Notes under the pieces: model-generated
What the model was told of the DNA's origin: nothing
What the model saw: the letters and a program-made list of their open reading frames with translations, nothing else
The model's database searches: none
DNA from: Octopus sinensis
Lineage: Eukaryota
Direction of reading: 5' to 3'
Length of the DNA stretch: 64,000 bases
NCBI RefSeq assembly: GCF_006345805.1
Contig: NC_043002.1
Coordinates: forward strand, 27,032,001 to 27,096,000
Position numbers and translations under genes: made by a program
Shown: one piece after another, positions 27,700 to 39,488 of the stretch
How positions within the stretch are numbered: position 1 is the stretch's first letter
Layout: each line of letters begins with the position of its first letter

Positions 27700-28915
27700 T
27701 ACTGATTGCATGCCACCTATAGACCAGATTACACTGTAAGCTACGACTTCGATCATTACCTCACTACTGATATAAGAACTAACAAGCACAATGTGAATAA
27801 CCATTGCAGTGATAATCAGTAATAGACGCCAATATACCCTCGATAAAATATTTCAGGAGCAAATAAATTCAGCTTTCTCGAAGAGTGCCTATTTTCTAAC
27901 AACGTAAACAAAAGACCAACGAAGATGGTGTAATAAGCGATTGATGAAGTTACAGAGGAATATTTATGAAAAGAATGTAATGAATCCTCATTCCGGCAGA
28001 TGAACATCTGTTTATATTCCCAGCCATCTACAACAAAGCAGTACATGCAACATACTCAACTAATAAACAAAACGAAAACGATGAAGATAAATCATCATAT
28101 GACATTGGCAAAATCTATTAATTACCAAATGTCGAAGCACTTCCGCAGATAACAACACGAAAACACGAAACTCGGAAGCAGGCCCTCAAGGAATTTTTCC
28201 TTGTCTAATAACCTCGAATACATTTCCAAAGAAGTTATACCAAGCCACCTGCAACATATCAGTAGAGGAAAAATGAGTGCGTATTATCAGAAATCTATGC
28301 ATAGATATGTTAAAAGAAAGCTCCAGGATGACAAGAGGAATAACAGTGGAAACAGTCTGCCCTGAACCATCAACCACATCACCAACGTTCAATTTGAAGA
28401 CCATTTCTTGGCAATCCAGGAACAGGAAATTGCTACAAAATGATGCACTATATGGACAGAGAAATATAAAACAAACGCCGAAATGTAATATTCGATGCAG
28501 ACACTTAGATATAACATACATCATAAGCAGTTGTCCAAAAATGTAATCAGCCTGTTATCAGTGAATGAGATAAGATGTTGTGGTCTAGACGCTCTACAAG
28601 TTCATCTATATAAAGCATAAGACTCAGACCGATTATATAAGAAACTGTCATCAGTTGTCCAGCAAATATTAACATACATCTTTATGATCGGTGAAAATTA
28701 AAAGAGCAATGCTGAACTTTTGATAAATTTACAGAAATTCTACGCACTCTAAAAATCATTGAGGCACTGTGATTGGTAACCAACCGCTTCAGCACCAGCC
28801 TCGGGAAATTGGGTCTTCAAAACCAGAAAGCAGAAAGGTAGTTAGAAGATTGCTATCCATGGAATTGTAAACGCCTGTAAAACCTTCCAAACGTTTACCA
28901 TATAAATACATATAC
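27700..28915 (+). mobile_element. Highly decayed RLE-type non-LTR retrotransposon fragment
   Basis: FLAIQEQEIATK and KC..RC..LDITYIISSCPKM...MR*DVV..LY resemble the CCHC knuckle region seen intact in the element at 54611-58200. Boundaries approximate. Confidence 0.55.
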
Positions 28916-29212
28916 ATGTACCTCTATTCTGTCATGGACTAACACTTTCTTTATTGGGAGGAAATACATTTTTCTTATATGCTTGTATTGATGAGTTGTG
29001 CTTCATCTTCCGTGATTTCATGCATGTATATTCCATATGAAAGAAAAAGCATTATGTGATTAAATGTTCGAGATATGAAATATTACGGGTATGACCTTAT
29101 ATTTGTTTGTTCTGCAACCATAGTTTAATATATTTGTCCCGTTTAATTGAGCACTTCTATAGCAGTACTATTAAACATTTTGTTCCTGATAAGAAACAAT
29201 CACTTTATTATT

Positions 29213-29270
<58 letters not shown>

Positions 29271-29290
29271 CTCATTATGTATATATGTAT

Positions 29291-29330
<40 letters not shown>

Positions 29331-29571
29331 ACAAAAAATTAATATAACCGTGTGCAATGTATTACCAAAAAGGAAAACTGTAATTGTCACTACATATGAC
29401 TAAGGTGTTCTAACACATACATTGTTAGAAATAAGAACTACAAAGTTCTAATGCTGTAGTTAAAACACATAAGTATATACATATATAAACATGTATGTAT
29501 GTATGTATGTATGTATGCATGCATGCAGGCATGCATGTATGTATGCATGTATATATGTATGTATATATATG

Positions 29572-29759
29572 CAGTAATCCTTCGACTATCGCGGATATTA
29601 CGTTACAAACATGCCCTCCACCCGCTACAAGCGAAAATCCGCGAAGTAGTAACAGGACTGTACTGTATGTTTTCTTTTTAAACAACACCACGCAGGAATC
29701 GACGTAAGATTAAATAAAAAACTGCGAGAGGTGAACCGCATTATGTCGAGAGATTACTG
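29572..29759. mobile_element. Pogo/Tigger-like MITE
   Basis: CAGTAATCCTTCGACTATCGCGG ... CCGCATTATGTCGAGAGATTACTG imperfect TIRs; TA on the right flank. Confidence 0.75.
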
Positions 29760-29782
29760 TATATATATATATATATATATAT

Positions 29783-30009
29783 ATTTCTTTACTACCCACA
29801 AGGAGCTAAACATAAAGGGGACAAACAAGGACAGACAAAGGGATTAAGTCGATTATATCGAGCCCAGTGCGTAACTGGTACTTAATTTATCGACCTCGAA
29901 AGGATGAAAAGCAAAGTCGACCTCGGCGGAATTTGAACCCAGAACGTAACGGTAGACGAAATACGGCTAAGCATTTCGCCCGGCGTGCTAACGTTTCTGC
30001 CAGCTCGCC
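29783..30009 (-). mobile_element. Family-1 SINE
   Basis: Near-identical to the reverse complement of 39251-39488. Confidence 0.9.
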
Positions 30010-31096
30010 ATGTTTGTATGTGTGTGTGTGTGTGTGTGTGTCAGATAACTAGTACTCATATCAGGTTATGTCCAATGGCATTTCAACCTGGAATCTATTG
30101 AGTTGTTTTTGAGAAAGTTCCTCTGTACTACTTCAATTCTTGTAATGATTTATCAAATCTGTCACTGTATTCGCCGACTTTCGGACAGGAGGTTTTTGAG
30201 TAGCAGGAGGTAGGATTTGAACTAAGAACATGACAAACTAAAACGAAATCGCAAGTCTTCTTCGTTTATGGCTAAACACCCCGCAAACTGAACGTGCTGA
30301 GCTAATAATGAAAGAATCTCAATCTACATTTGATTTGAACACCGAATGAAAAGAACCGAATCAGATATCCACCCGAATATGTTTGTGTGTTTATGCGAAT
30401 CTATAGAACATATATACTCACAAACAGATGTGAAAGGCCATATACACACACACGTGCAGTATTGACACTTACAAACATTCACAAACATATATGTATGTAT
30501 ACATATGTGTATATCCATCTTTTATGATTATGTAGCTTGAGGATTATTTTTGTATCATGGAAATACCTATTTACATTCTACTTAAACATTTATGCAAAGC
30601 ATGGTAGATATTAAAGAACCCTTCTTATGATATAAATATTTATGTATTTAATGGGTTTTAAAATATTGCAGAGAAGATTTCATAATTATGTTGTTTCCAA
30701 ATAATTTCTAAAAGTTTACATTATTTATGTAACATATCCTCAGTATAAAATAGAACAGGTACTACCACTTTTATTTTAGTTTATACAGAACCATGGGTAA
30801 AATATAGCGGTAATGTTTTTAGATTTGCAATGGATCAATATTTCAGAGGAATGTCGGTTATTATGGGAGAGACAAGATAGTTTGGACATAAACTAGCATT
30901 ATGCACAGAAGTATTACATTCGGCAAATGTTCGGTGATCTATGTATCTTACACTTATATACATAAATGTATACTTCCCCTCCTATAGCGAAACCGAAATA
31001 CCACACACACTACTCTTGACACGTAAAAAATTGGTTCTGAACACACTCATACTCTTCAACACAAGTGTAAACACACACACTCACATACGCATATAT

Positions 31097-31329
31097 ATTT
31101 CTTTACTACCCAGAAGGGGCTAAACACAGAAGGGACAATCAAGGACAGACAAAGGGATTAAGGCGATTACATCGACCCCAGTGCGTAATTGGTACTTAAT
31201 TTATCGACTCCGAAAGGATGAAAGGCAAAGTCAACCTCGGCGGAATTTGAACTCGGAACGTAACCACAGGCGAAATACGGCTAGGCATTTTGCCCGGCGT
31301 GCTAAAGTTTCTGCCAGCTCGCCGCCTTA
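31097..31329 (-). mobile_element. Family-1 SINE
   Basis: Near-identical to the reverse complement of 39251-39488. Confidence 0.9.
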
Positions 31330-31607
31330 CACATACGCATATATATATATATAAAGCAGCAATGGTAAATTTTACTTGGTAATATTGACTCAAAGATGGA
31401 CACTACTCAATACAAATTAGATGTGTGAAATGTATTTGAGGGATCTGTATGGTACCAAATTTCTAATGTCCTATTCATCGAAATATTCTCAAGAGGATTT
31501 AACTAATATTCTCTGTGATGTTTTCAACATATCAATTCCCCAACATCCTTCTTACCATACAACTAGATTAAATTATGTATGTCGTAGTTCTAATACACAT
31601 ACCTCTG

Positions 31608-31780
31608 ATATATATATATATAGATATATATATATATATATATAATATATATATATATATTATATATATATATGTATGTATTATATATATGTAGTATATA
31701 TATATATGTATGTATATTATATATATGTAGTATATATATATGTATGTATATATATATGTATATATATGTATATATATATG

Positions 31781-31818
<38 letters not shown>

Positions 31819-31875
31819 TATGTATATATATGTATATATATGTATATATATATGTATGTATATATATATGTATGT
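31608..31875. repeat. (TA)n/(TATG)n microsatellite 5' of the PLE
   Basis: Directly visible. Confidence 0.95.
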
Positions 31876-31954
31876 ATTTATTCCCTAATATTTATTATTT
31901 TATATAATATTGATAATTTTGTATATTGGGTGTAATACCTCAATTTCGTAAATT

Positions 31955-34447
31955 ATGGATTTTACAGGTAAGATAGAACCGCTGTTTTGGGATTCATCTT
32001 TGAAAGATATTCCTATTCCTTCTAGAAAGAAATTTATCTTGAAACTTGTTAATAATGTTAAAGATTTTATTTCTAGAATTAAATGGAAAGCTCTTTACTA
32101 TAATTTTTATTTATTTAATGATATTGATAGTAGGAATGATAATTTTACCTCTAAATTTAAATCTAGAAAGGAACCTCCATTTAATAAAGAATTACAATTA
32201 CTTGAAGATAGTATATGGAAGGTGGTAAAAAATAAATACCCAAATAGAAATAATGAATATTTAAGGAATTTAGCAATTAAAATTAAAGATATGAGAAATA
32301 TGGATGGTATTATAGTACAATCTGATAAAACAAGGAACCTATATAAATTAGATGTTAAATTATATGATAAACTATTAGGGAAAGAAATAATTAAAAAATA
32401 TAAAATTGTTCCAGATGATATTCTTTATAATATTAATAAGGCCTCTAAAGTAGTAATGTTAAAATATGAGTTGGATAATAAAACTGAACCTTATGTACCT
32501 TTGCACCCCAGAATTACTCTTAAAGACCATAAAGATAATTTTTATTCAGACCCTAAAGTTAGATTAATTTGCCCATGTAAATCGGACCTAGGTAAATTAA
32601 GTAAATTTATTTTAGATAAATATATGATAAGTTAAATAAACTTAATTATTTAAAATTATGGTTTAGTAATAATAATACATTGAAATGGTTTAATAATATT
32701 AAAGATAAAAATTCGTTATAAATTTATTCAAATAGATATAGATAATTATTATTCTTCTATTAATGAAATTGTGTTTAATAAAGCGCTTATTTTCGCAATG
32801 AATAAAGTGGGTATGTCACGGGAAGAAGTTAATGTAATTAAAATGGCTAGGAAATCGCTAATTAAATATAAAAATAAATTATGGGCTAGGAATGATACTA
32901 GAGATTGTTTTGATATACCTATGGGAGCACCAGATTCTGCACAGGCTACTGATTTAGTAGGTATTTTTCTTTTATCTGAACTCCAATTAGAAAATCTTAA
33001 GATAGAGGGTGGTTTATATAGAGACGATCTTCTACTAGTTACAAAGAATTGTACTAATAGGAATCTAGAAGTATATAAGAAAAAAACTATATAGTTTCTT
33101 TAAAAGATATGGTTTAAGTATTACTATATATATGGAGAATTATAATGTTAATTATTTAGATGTTAATTTTAATCTTATTACAGGTAAAACACAACCATTT
33201 CATAAACTTAATGAGAACCTTAGATATATAAATGTTAATAGTAATCACCCATTTTCTATTAAAAAATCGTTGATTAATAATATAAGTAAACGTATTTCAT
33301 TACTCTCTTATGATATAGAGATTTTTAATAAACATGCTAATTATTATAATGAGGCCCTTAGAGGGGCAGGTTATAATAGGAATATTAAATTTTATAATAT
33401 TAGTGATAAAGATTTAAATGATAATTTTCGAGATACTTCTAATAATAATTATAATTTTGTTAGGTTTAGTGGTAAAAATAATAGGTATTATAAAAAAAAT
33501 AATAAAAATGATAAAAATATAAATAAGAATAATAATAATAATAATAATAATACAAATAAGAATAATAAAAATAAAAATAAATTTAATAATTATTATAATA
33601 ATTATATTGATAAAATTAATAATATTAATAATTCCTTAAATGCTGTACATAGATATAATTCTGATAATAATTTTAATAAAATAAAGAATTATAAATATAT
33701 TTATAATAATGATAATAATAATAAGGTTAATAAGAATAAAATTTGGTTAATAGTTCCTTATGGAGATCAAGTAAAAACGAATATTATTAAAGAGATTTTA
33801 GATGTTATAGAACTATTTATTAGAGATAATCGTAAATATAGAAACATTTTCTCTTTTAATAATTTTGGAGTAGGTTATTCTACCACTAATAATGTTGGTA
33901 ACATTATTTCTTCATTTAATAAATATAAACTGAATAATTTTTATAAAAAAAATTATTTGATAATAATATTAATAATGATAAGACTTATATTAATTGTACA
34001 TGTAGAGATAAATCTAATTGTATATTAAATAATAATTGTGATATTAACGATGTAGTGTATAAATGTATAGTTACATTACATGATAATAACTTTAAGAATA
34101 ATAATTACCCAAAAACGGTTTATATAGGTTCTACTTCCTCAAAAATAAAACTAAGAATCGAACAACATATGAATTCTTTTAAAAATAAAAACTTAATCAA
34201 CTCAACCGGACTTAGTAAGTACATTTGGAGTCTTAAATCACTAAATATTAATTATAGTTTAATTTGGGAAATAATTTGTAAAACTAAATCATATACTATA
34301 GGAGCTAATTGTTGTTATTTATGCTCTAATGAGTTTAAAGAAATTTTATTTTATAAGTATGATAATTTACTTAATACTGGTGAAGAGCGCAAAATAAAAT
34401 GCAGACATAAGTTACTTTACCTATATAATAAGTTTTATGATAAATAG
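31955..34447 (+). pseudogene. PLE polyprotein (RT + CxCx5Cx5C linker + GIY-YIG), ~830 codons, split by about five frameshifts
   Basis: SLKDIPIP, SDKTRNLY, ITLKDHK..RLICPCKSDLG, FIQIDIDNYYSSI, DIPMGAPDS, GLYRDD, NYLDV, SNHP, CTCRDKSNCILNNNC, VYKC..VYIG..R..H, CYLC..E, KCRH. Frame changes near 32625, 32717, 33085, 33135 and 33945. Confidence 0.9.
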
Positions 34448-34699
34448 CATTAATAGTTCCCTATTAGGTTACTTTAGTTTAGTTTAAATTAGTTTAGATA
34501 ATTATATTTATTTGGTTATGTAGTCTAGGCTTTAATTACAGTTAGTCTTTATTGATATTTCTTTGTTTTAATTAGTTCATTTTTAATGTATATTAATATA
34601 ACAGTTTATGGTATGTTAAAACTTTAATAATTTATATTAGATTTTTTTATTTTCTTTATTTATATATTTTTTATTTTTATTTTATTTTATTATGTATTT

Positions 34700-37560
34700 T
34701 TATTATGCATTTGTTATATGTATTTTGGAGGATATATTTATATGTTGATGGGTGTTATTTAGTGGTGTATTTATTGAGTTTTGTATGTATGTGTGAATGT
34801 TTACGATCCCTTTGTTTTTTGTTTTTTATTTGGTATGTTGAATTGACAGATTTTATTTGGGTATTGTCTGTTATAATAAAGTACACACACCCATAACAAA
34901 TATAAGTGCCCACTTCATTCGCGCGTACCTGGAATTGAATGTGAGCCTCAACATATACACCAAACGGCCACTCCCGCCCCACACGGAAAAATAAACAAAT
35001 ACATCCCCAAAAATGGGCGTAATCCCACTCACACCAATCATATATGTATACAATTATACACACTAGAATAATTTATTACTAACCCAAATATACAGAACAT
35101 ACCAAAAATCACCAACAAACCACCATCACAAATGAAACCCACACCCATACAATGACAAAACTCCCCCCTCCATACCCAATTTACACCCACATAGCAATCC
35201 CAATATATTCATCCATACATGGACGCACGTGCGTGAAGCACATGCACACAACAAATACGTACAACCCCCCAATACACACTCATATACATACGTATCAAGC
35301 TCGACATCCACAGCAATACGCTTACACTCAATCACACCCAGATGGGTGAACTGCACAACCAAGGAACGCACACACACACGTGTGCGTATTTTGATTGTGC
35401 AATTCGCCCATCTGCATGTATGTGGACGCGATTACACCGTTGCACATATCGAGCCCAACTAGCATGCATATGTACATGTGAGGGGGTACACGCACATGCC
35501 GTGCGCGTGTACCCCCCGCATTTATACCCGTGCGTGAATATACACATGGAGACTACCACACAGGTACAAATGTGTATAGTAAAGGGAGCCCCATCACTAC
35601 ACTCAATGTATACTCTCACCCATCCGCATGGATGTGAAAGCGAATCACCGGTGTATATATTGAGGTTAATACGTAGCGTTGTGGAGGCGAACGTCGTTGT
35701 AATTGTGAATGAATGGGTGGAGTTGGGAATTGTAACCGGGTGGTGGGCTAGCGTTGCTTAGAATTGGGAATGGAATAGTGTAGTAGTAAGGCAGGCATCG
35801 ATAATAGACTTGGGTTATTGCTAATTGTTTGTTAGAGCTGCTAGGATGAGCTAAAGCTCATAAATGTATATAATAATTTATCATGGTAGTTTTATTAAAG
35901 AATCCATTCATAATAAATTTTTTTAAGTAGTGTTGGTTTGCCACGTGGATATAGTTTTTAGTTCCATTTATTCTATTTCTCCATTCATAATTTTAAATGA
36001 CGTTTACTTTCCATGGCGCGTATTCTTTTTATACATAAGTTATATTTCTATGGTAACGTAATTTCGGTTTGATTTTTTTAACGGATTAGAATTTAATTTC
36101 ACTTCATAATTTGAAACTGACTTGTAAGTATGTATTTTATTTCTCCTTATGTCATATTGTTATTTTGATATTCTGGTTAATTACGATGTATTTAATGTTG
36201 TTTTTCATTGGAGTGTTTATGTATATGAGATTGTGTGTGAGTTTTTAGTTGTATAATTTATTTATCTGTATGAGTGTGGGTGTGTAAATATTGTTGTATA
36301 TATCGAGTTTAGTGAGTATGTATATGCGTATATGTGAGGGAGTATATGTATCTGTTGTGTGTGTGTGTTTTGCGTGTGTGTGTGTTTGTGTGTGAATGTG
36401 TATATGGGTTTGTTATTTAGGTTTTGGGATGTATATGTTAATTTGTCTGTGTGGGGAGGGAGTGGGTTTTTGGTGTATATGGAGGTTTATAAGTTAGTAT
36501 AGGTATGTGTGAGTGAGGTGGGTATTTGTATAAGTCGTGGGTCTGTGGTTTACGGGTGTGTATTTGTGTGTGAGTGTTTAGGTTAGGGGGATTGCTATAT
36601 AGGTTTGTTATAGAGTTTAGCAAAGGGAGATTTTATCGTTATATGTTTTTAAGAGTTTGGTTTATCATGGTTTTTTTTTTTTTTTTTTTAGGGAATTCGT
36701 GGTAATTTGTCTATTTTCGATGTTGGTTGTTTTATTACATTGTTTCATTCATAATTTTTGAGTGGTGTTCGTTTTGCCACGTGAATATTATTTTAATTCC
36801 ATTTATTCCATTTCTCCATTCATTATTTTAAAAGATGTTCGTTTCCAGAGCGGTTATACTTTTTATACATATGTTAAGTTCCTTGGTAAAGTAATTTTGT
36901 TTGGTGTATATGTTGAGGCTTATATGTACTTGTGGGTGTGTGTGAGTGGGGTGGGTGTTTGTATTTGTTATGGGTGTGTGGTTTACGTGTGTGTATTTGT
37001 GTGTGAATGTATAGGTTAAAGGGATTGCTATATAAGTATGTTATAGTGTTTAGTAAAGGGAGGTTTTATCATTTATGTTTTTGTGAGTTTTAGCTTATCA
37101 TGGTAGTTTTATAAAAGAATCCATTAATAATTTTTGTGTTTATTTGTCTGTGTGGGGTTGAGTGGGTTTTTGGAGTATATGTTGAGGTTTATATGTATGT
37201 ATAGGTATGTGTAAGTGGTGTGGGTATTTGTATATGTCGTGGGTGTGTGGTTTACGTGTGTGTATTTGTGTGTGAATGTTTAGGTTAGGGGGATTGCTAT
37301 ATAGGTATGTTATAGAGTTTAGTAAAGGGAGATTTTATCATTATATGTTTTTATGAGTTTTGGATTATCATGGTAGGTTTGTTAAGGAATTCGTAGTAAT
37401 TTGTGTCTATTTGCGATGTCTGTTGTTTTATTGCATTGTTTCATTCATAATTTTTAAGTAGTGTTCGTTTTACCAAGTGAATATAATTTTTAATTCCATT
37501 TATTCCATTTCTCCGTTCATAATTTTAAGTGATGTCCGTTTCTAGAGCGTGAATGTGGGT
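34700..37560. repeat. Inverted plus tandem repeat complex in the PLE 3' region
   Basis: A/C-rich arm 34875-35340 is the imperfect reverse complement of G/T-rich blocks at 36280-36550, 36899-36980 and 37135-37255; direct copies at ~35875-36060, 36435-36860, 36899-37130 and 37136-37550. Confidence 0.85.
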
Positions 37561-38002
37561 TGTATGTGTGTGTGTGGGAGTATGAATAAGTATTGTGTTG
37601 AAGTACTTAGCTATTTTATTTATTTATAGTTGCCTAGACGTTTTTATGTGTATGTATAGGGATATATATATATATATATAGGTGTGTGATTTAGTGTATG
37701 TAATTAGATATGGTTATATATAATTAGTTATATGTGTATGGGTGTATATATAGTTTATTATTATATTATTATTATTATTATTATTTTTTTGTTTTGTTTT
37801 ATATTTTGTATTTTATATTTTATATTTTATATTTAATTGTTGATAGGTTTATTTTAGTTTATATATTGTTTATATATTGATTATATATGGATTATATATA
37901 GGTTATATATGGATTATATATTTATATTTTTTCATTAATACTTTAATTATTTTAAAATTATTATTTTTATATTTTAAAATATTGATATTTTAGATTGGAA
38001 GT

Positions 38003-38045
38003 CCACCTGAAGATTTTCGATCAAGACAAGAAACAATTGTAGTGG
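38003..38045 (+). ncRNA. Minimal type-I hammerhead ribozyme at the PLE 3' end
   Basis: CCAC-CTGAAGA-[TTTTC GATCAA GACAA]-GAAAC-AATT-GTA-GTGG: stem I CCAC/GTGG, palindromic stem III ACAATTGT, GUA triplet at 38039-38041; one mismatch in stem II. Confidence 0.8.
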
Positions 38046-38137
38046 CGGTTTTTTTGACTATTTATTAAAATTTTATGTATTGATTAAGTCTTTCCTTGTT
38101 TGTTTTGCAAAATAGTGGTTTTGTCTCTAATAATATT

Positions 38138-38205
38138 TATGTATATATATATGTATATATATGTATGTATATATATATATATGTATGTATATATATATAT
38201 GTATG

Positions 38206-38241
<36 letters not shown>

Positions 38242-38410
38242 TATGTATGTATGTATATATATATATATGTATGTATGTATATATATATATATGTATGTAT
38301 ATATATATATATATGTATGTATATATATATATGTATATATATATGTATGTATATATGTATGTATGTATGTATGTAAATATGTATGTGTGTATGTATGTGT
38401 ATATATATAT
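38138..38410. repeat. (TA)n/(TATG)n microsatellite 3' of the PLE
   Basis: Directly visible. Confidence 0.95.
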
Positions 38411-38701
38411 AAATGGTAAGGGTGAAGAATTGAATATTAATTTGATTAATATCAATTTAAAACCAGTGGCCTACATATTGAAAAAATGACATACATATAA
38501 GTGGGATGACCACTAAGTGGACATCCAATATGCTAAATGTAGACCCCATTTGGTCTGAGCACTAAGAAAAGATTGCTCTCAAGAAAATTCAGCAAACGCC
38601 AGAACGTCAGCGAGCAAGACAAATGAAAAGATACAAAATATAAACATTATTCACATAGTAGGTTTCATTGTTACCACTTATGTAATACATACGTAAATGT
38701 T

Positions 38702-38749
<48 letters not shown>

Positions 38750-39250
38750 GTATTGAAGGCGGCTATAAGCGATATGAAACCAAAGATGAAGAATTCAGTT
38801 ATCCCTAATTGTGACTGAAGGTGCAATTTGATTCAGCAAAATGGTAATGTGAAAATTATTTGTGTATGTGCGTGTGTGTTTGTGTGTGTGTGCATGTGTG
38901 TCTGTGTATGCATGTGTATCTGTTTATGCGTGTGGGTGTGTCTGTGTGCGCGTGTGCATGTGTGTGTGTGCCTGTCTAATTTTCTAGCCTGAAGTTTCAT
39001 CCAGTCGCTGTACCTCAATTTGCACTCCAACTGGGGATTGAGAGTGTGAAACACCGTGTGGTGACTTGTGAAATGTACAACTCTGAAAAGCAGCTATTCA
39101 TTTTGTTGTAAAGTATTCAGCTATTGGCACGTAGTTAAATTATTCTAATGTAGGTAACTTATTTAGATGAGGGTCTTTGTGCATGTTAAACACCGTACCC
39201 TGTGTAAGATTTGGCCAGAAAAGTTTAATTAGTTGGTATGTCCACTGATA

Positions 39251-39488
39251 ATAATAAGGCGGCGAGCTGGCAGAATCGTTAGCACGCCGGGCGAAATGCT
39301 TAGCGGTATTTCGTCTGCCGTTACGTTGTGAGTTCGAATTCCGCCGAGGTCGACTTTGCCTTTCATCCTTTCGGAGTCGATAAATTAAGTACCAGTTACG
39401 CACTGGGGTCGATGTAATCGACTTAATACCTATGTCTATCCTTGTTTGTCCTCTCTGTGTTTAGCCCCTTGTGGGTAATAAAGAAATA
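39251..39488 (+). mobile_element. Young full-length family-1 SINE with a 16-bp TSD
   Basis: GGTATGTCCACTGATA at 39235-39250 and 39489-39504; GAGTTCGAATTCC B box. Confidence 0.95.

Larger units (their letters stand above)
31876..38137 (+). mobile_element. ~6.3-kb Penelope-like retroelement (C-terminal GIY-YIG, Hydra-clade-like) with a long structured 3' region
   Basis: RT-EN ORF, terminal hammerhead, ends shared with 47113-47413, microsatellite on both flanks. Confidence 0.88.

Noticed and set aside
34450-38000. Mitochondrial insertion (NUMT) as the source of the strong G/T strand skew
   Set aside because: No mitochondrial gene, tRNA or rRNA similarity recognised, and the region lies between the PLE ORF and its terminal hammerhead.
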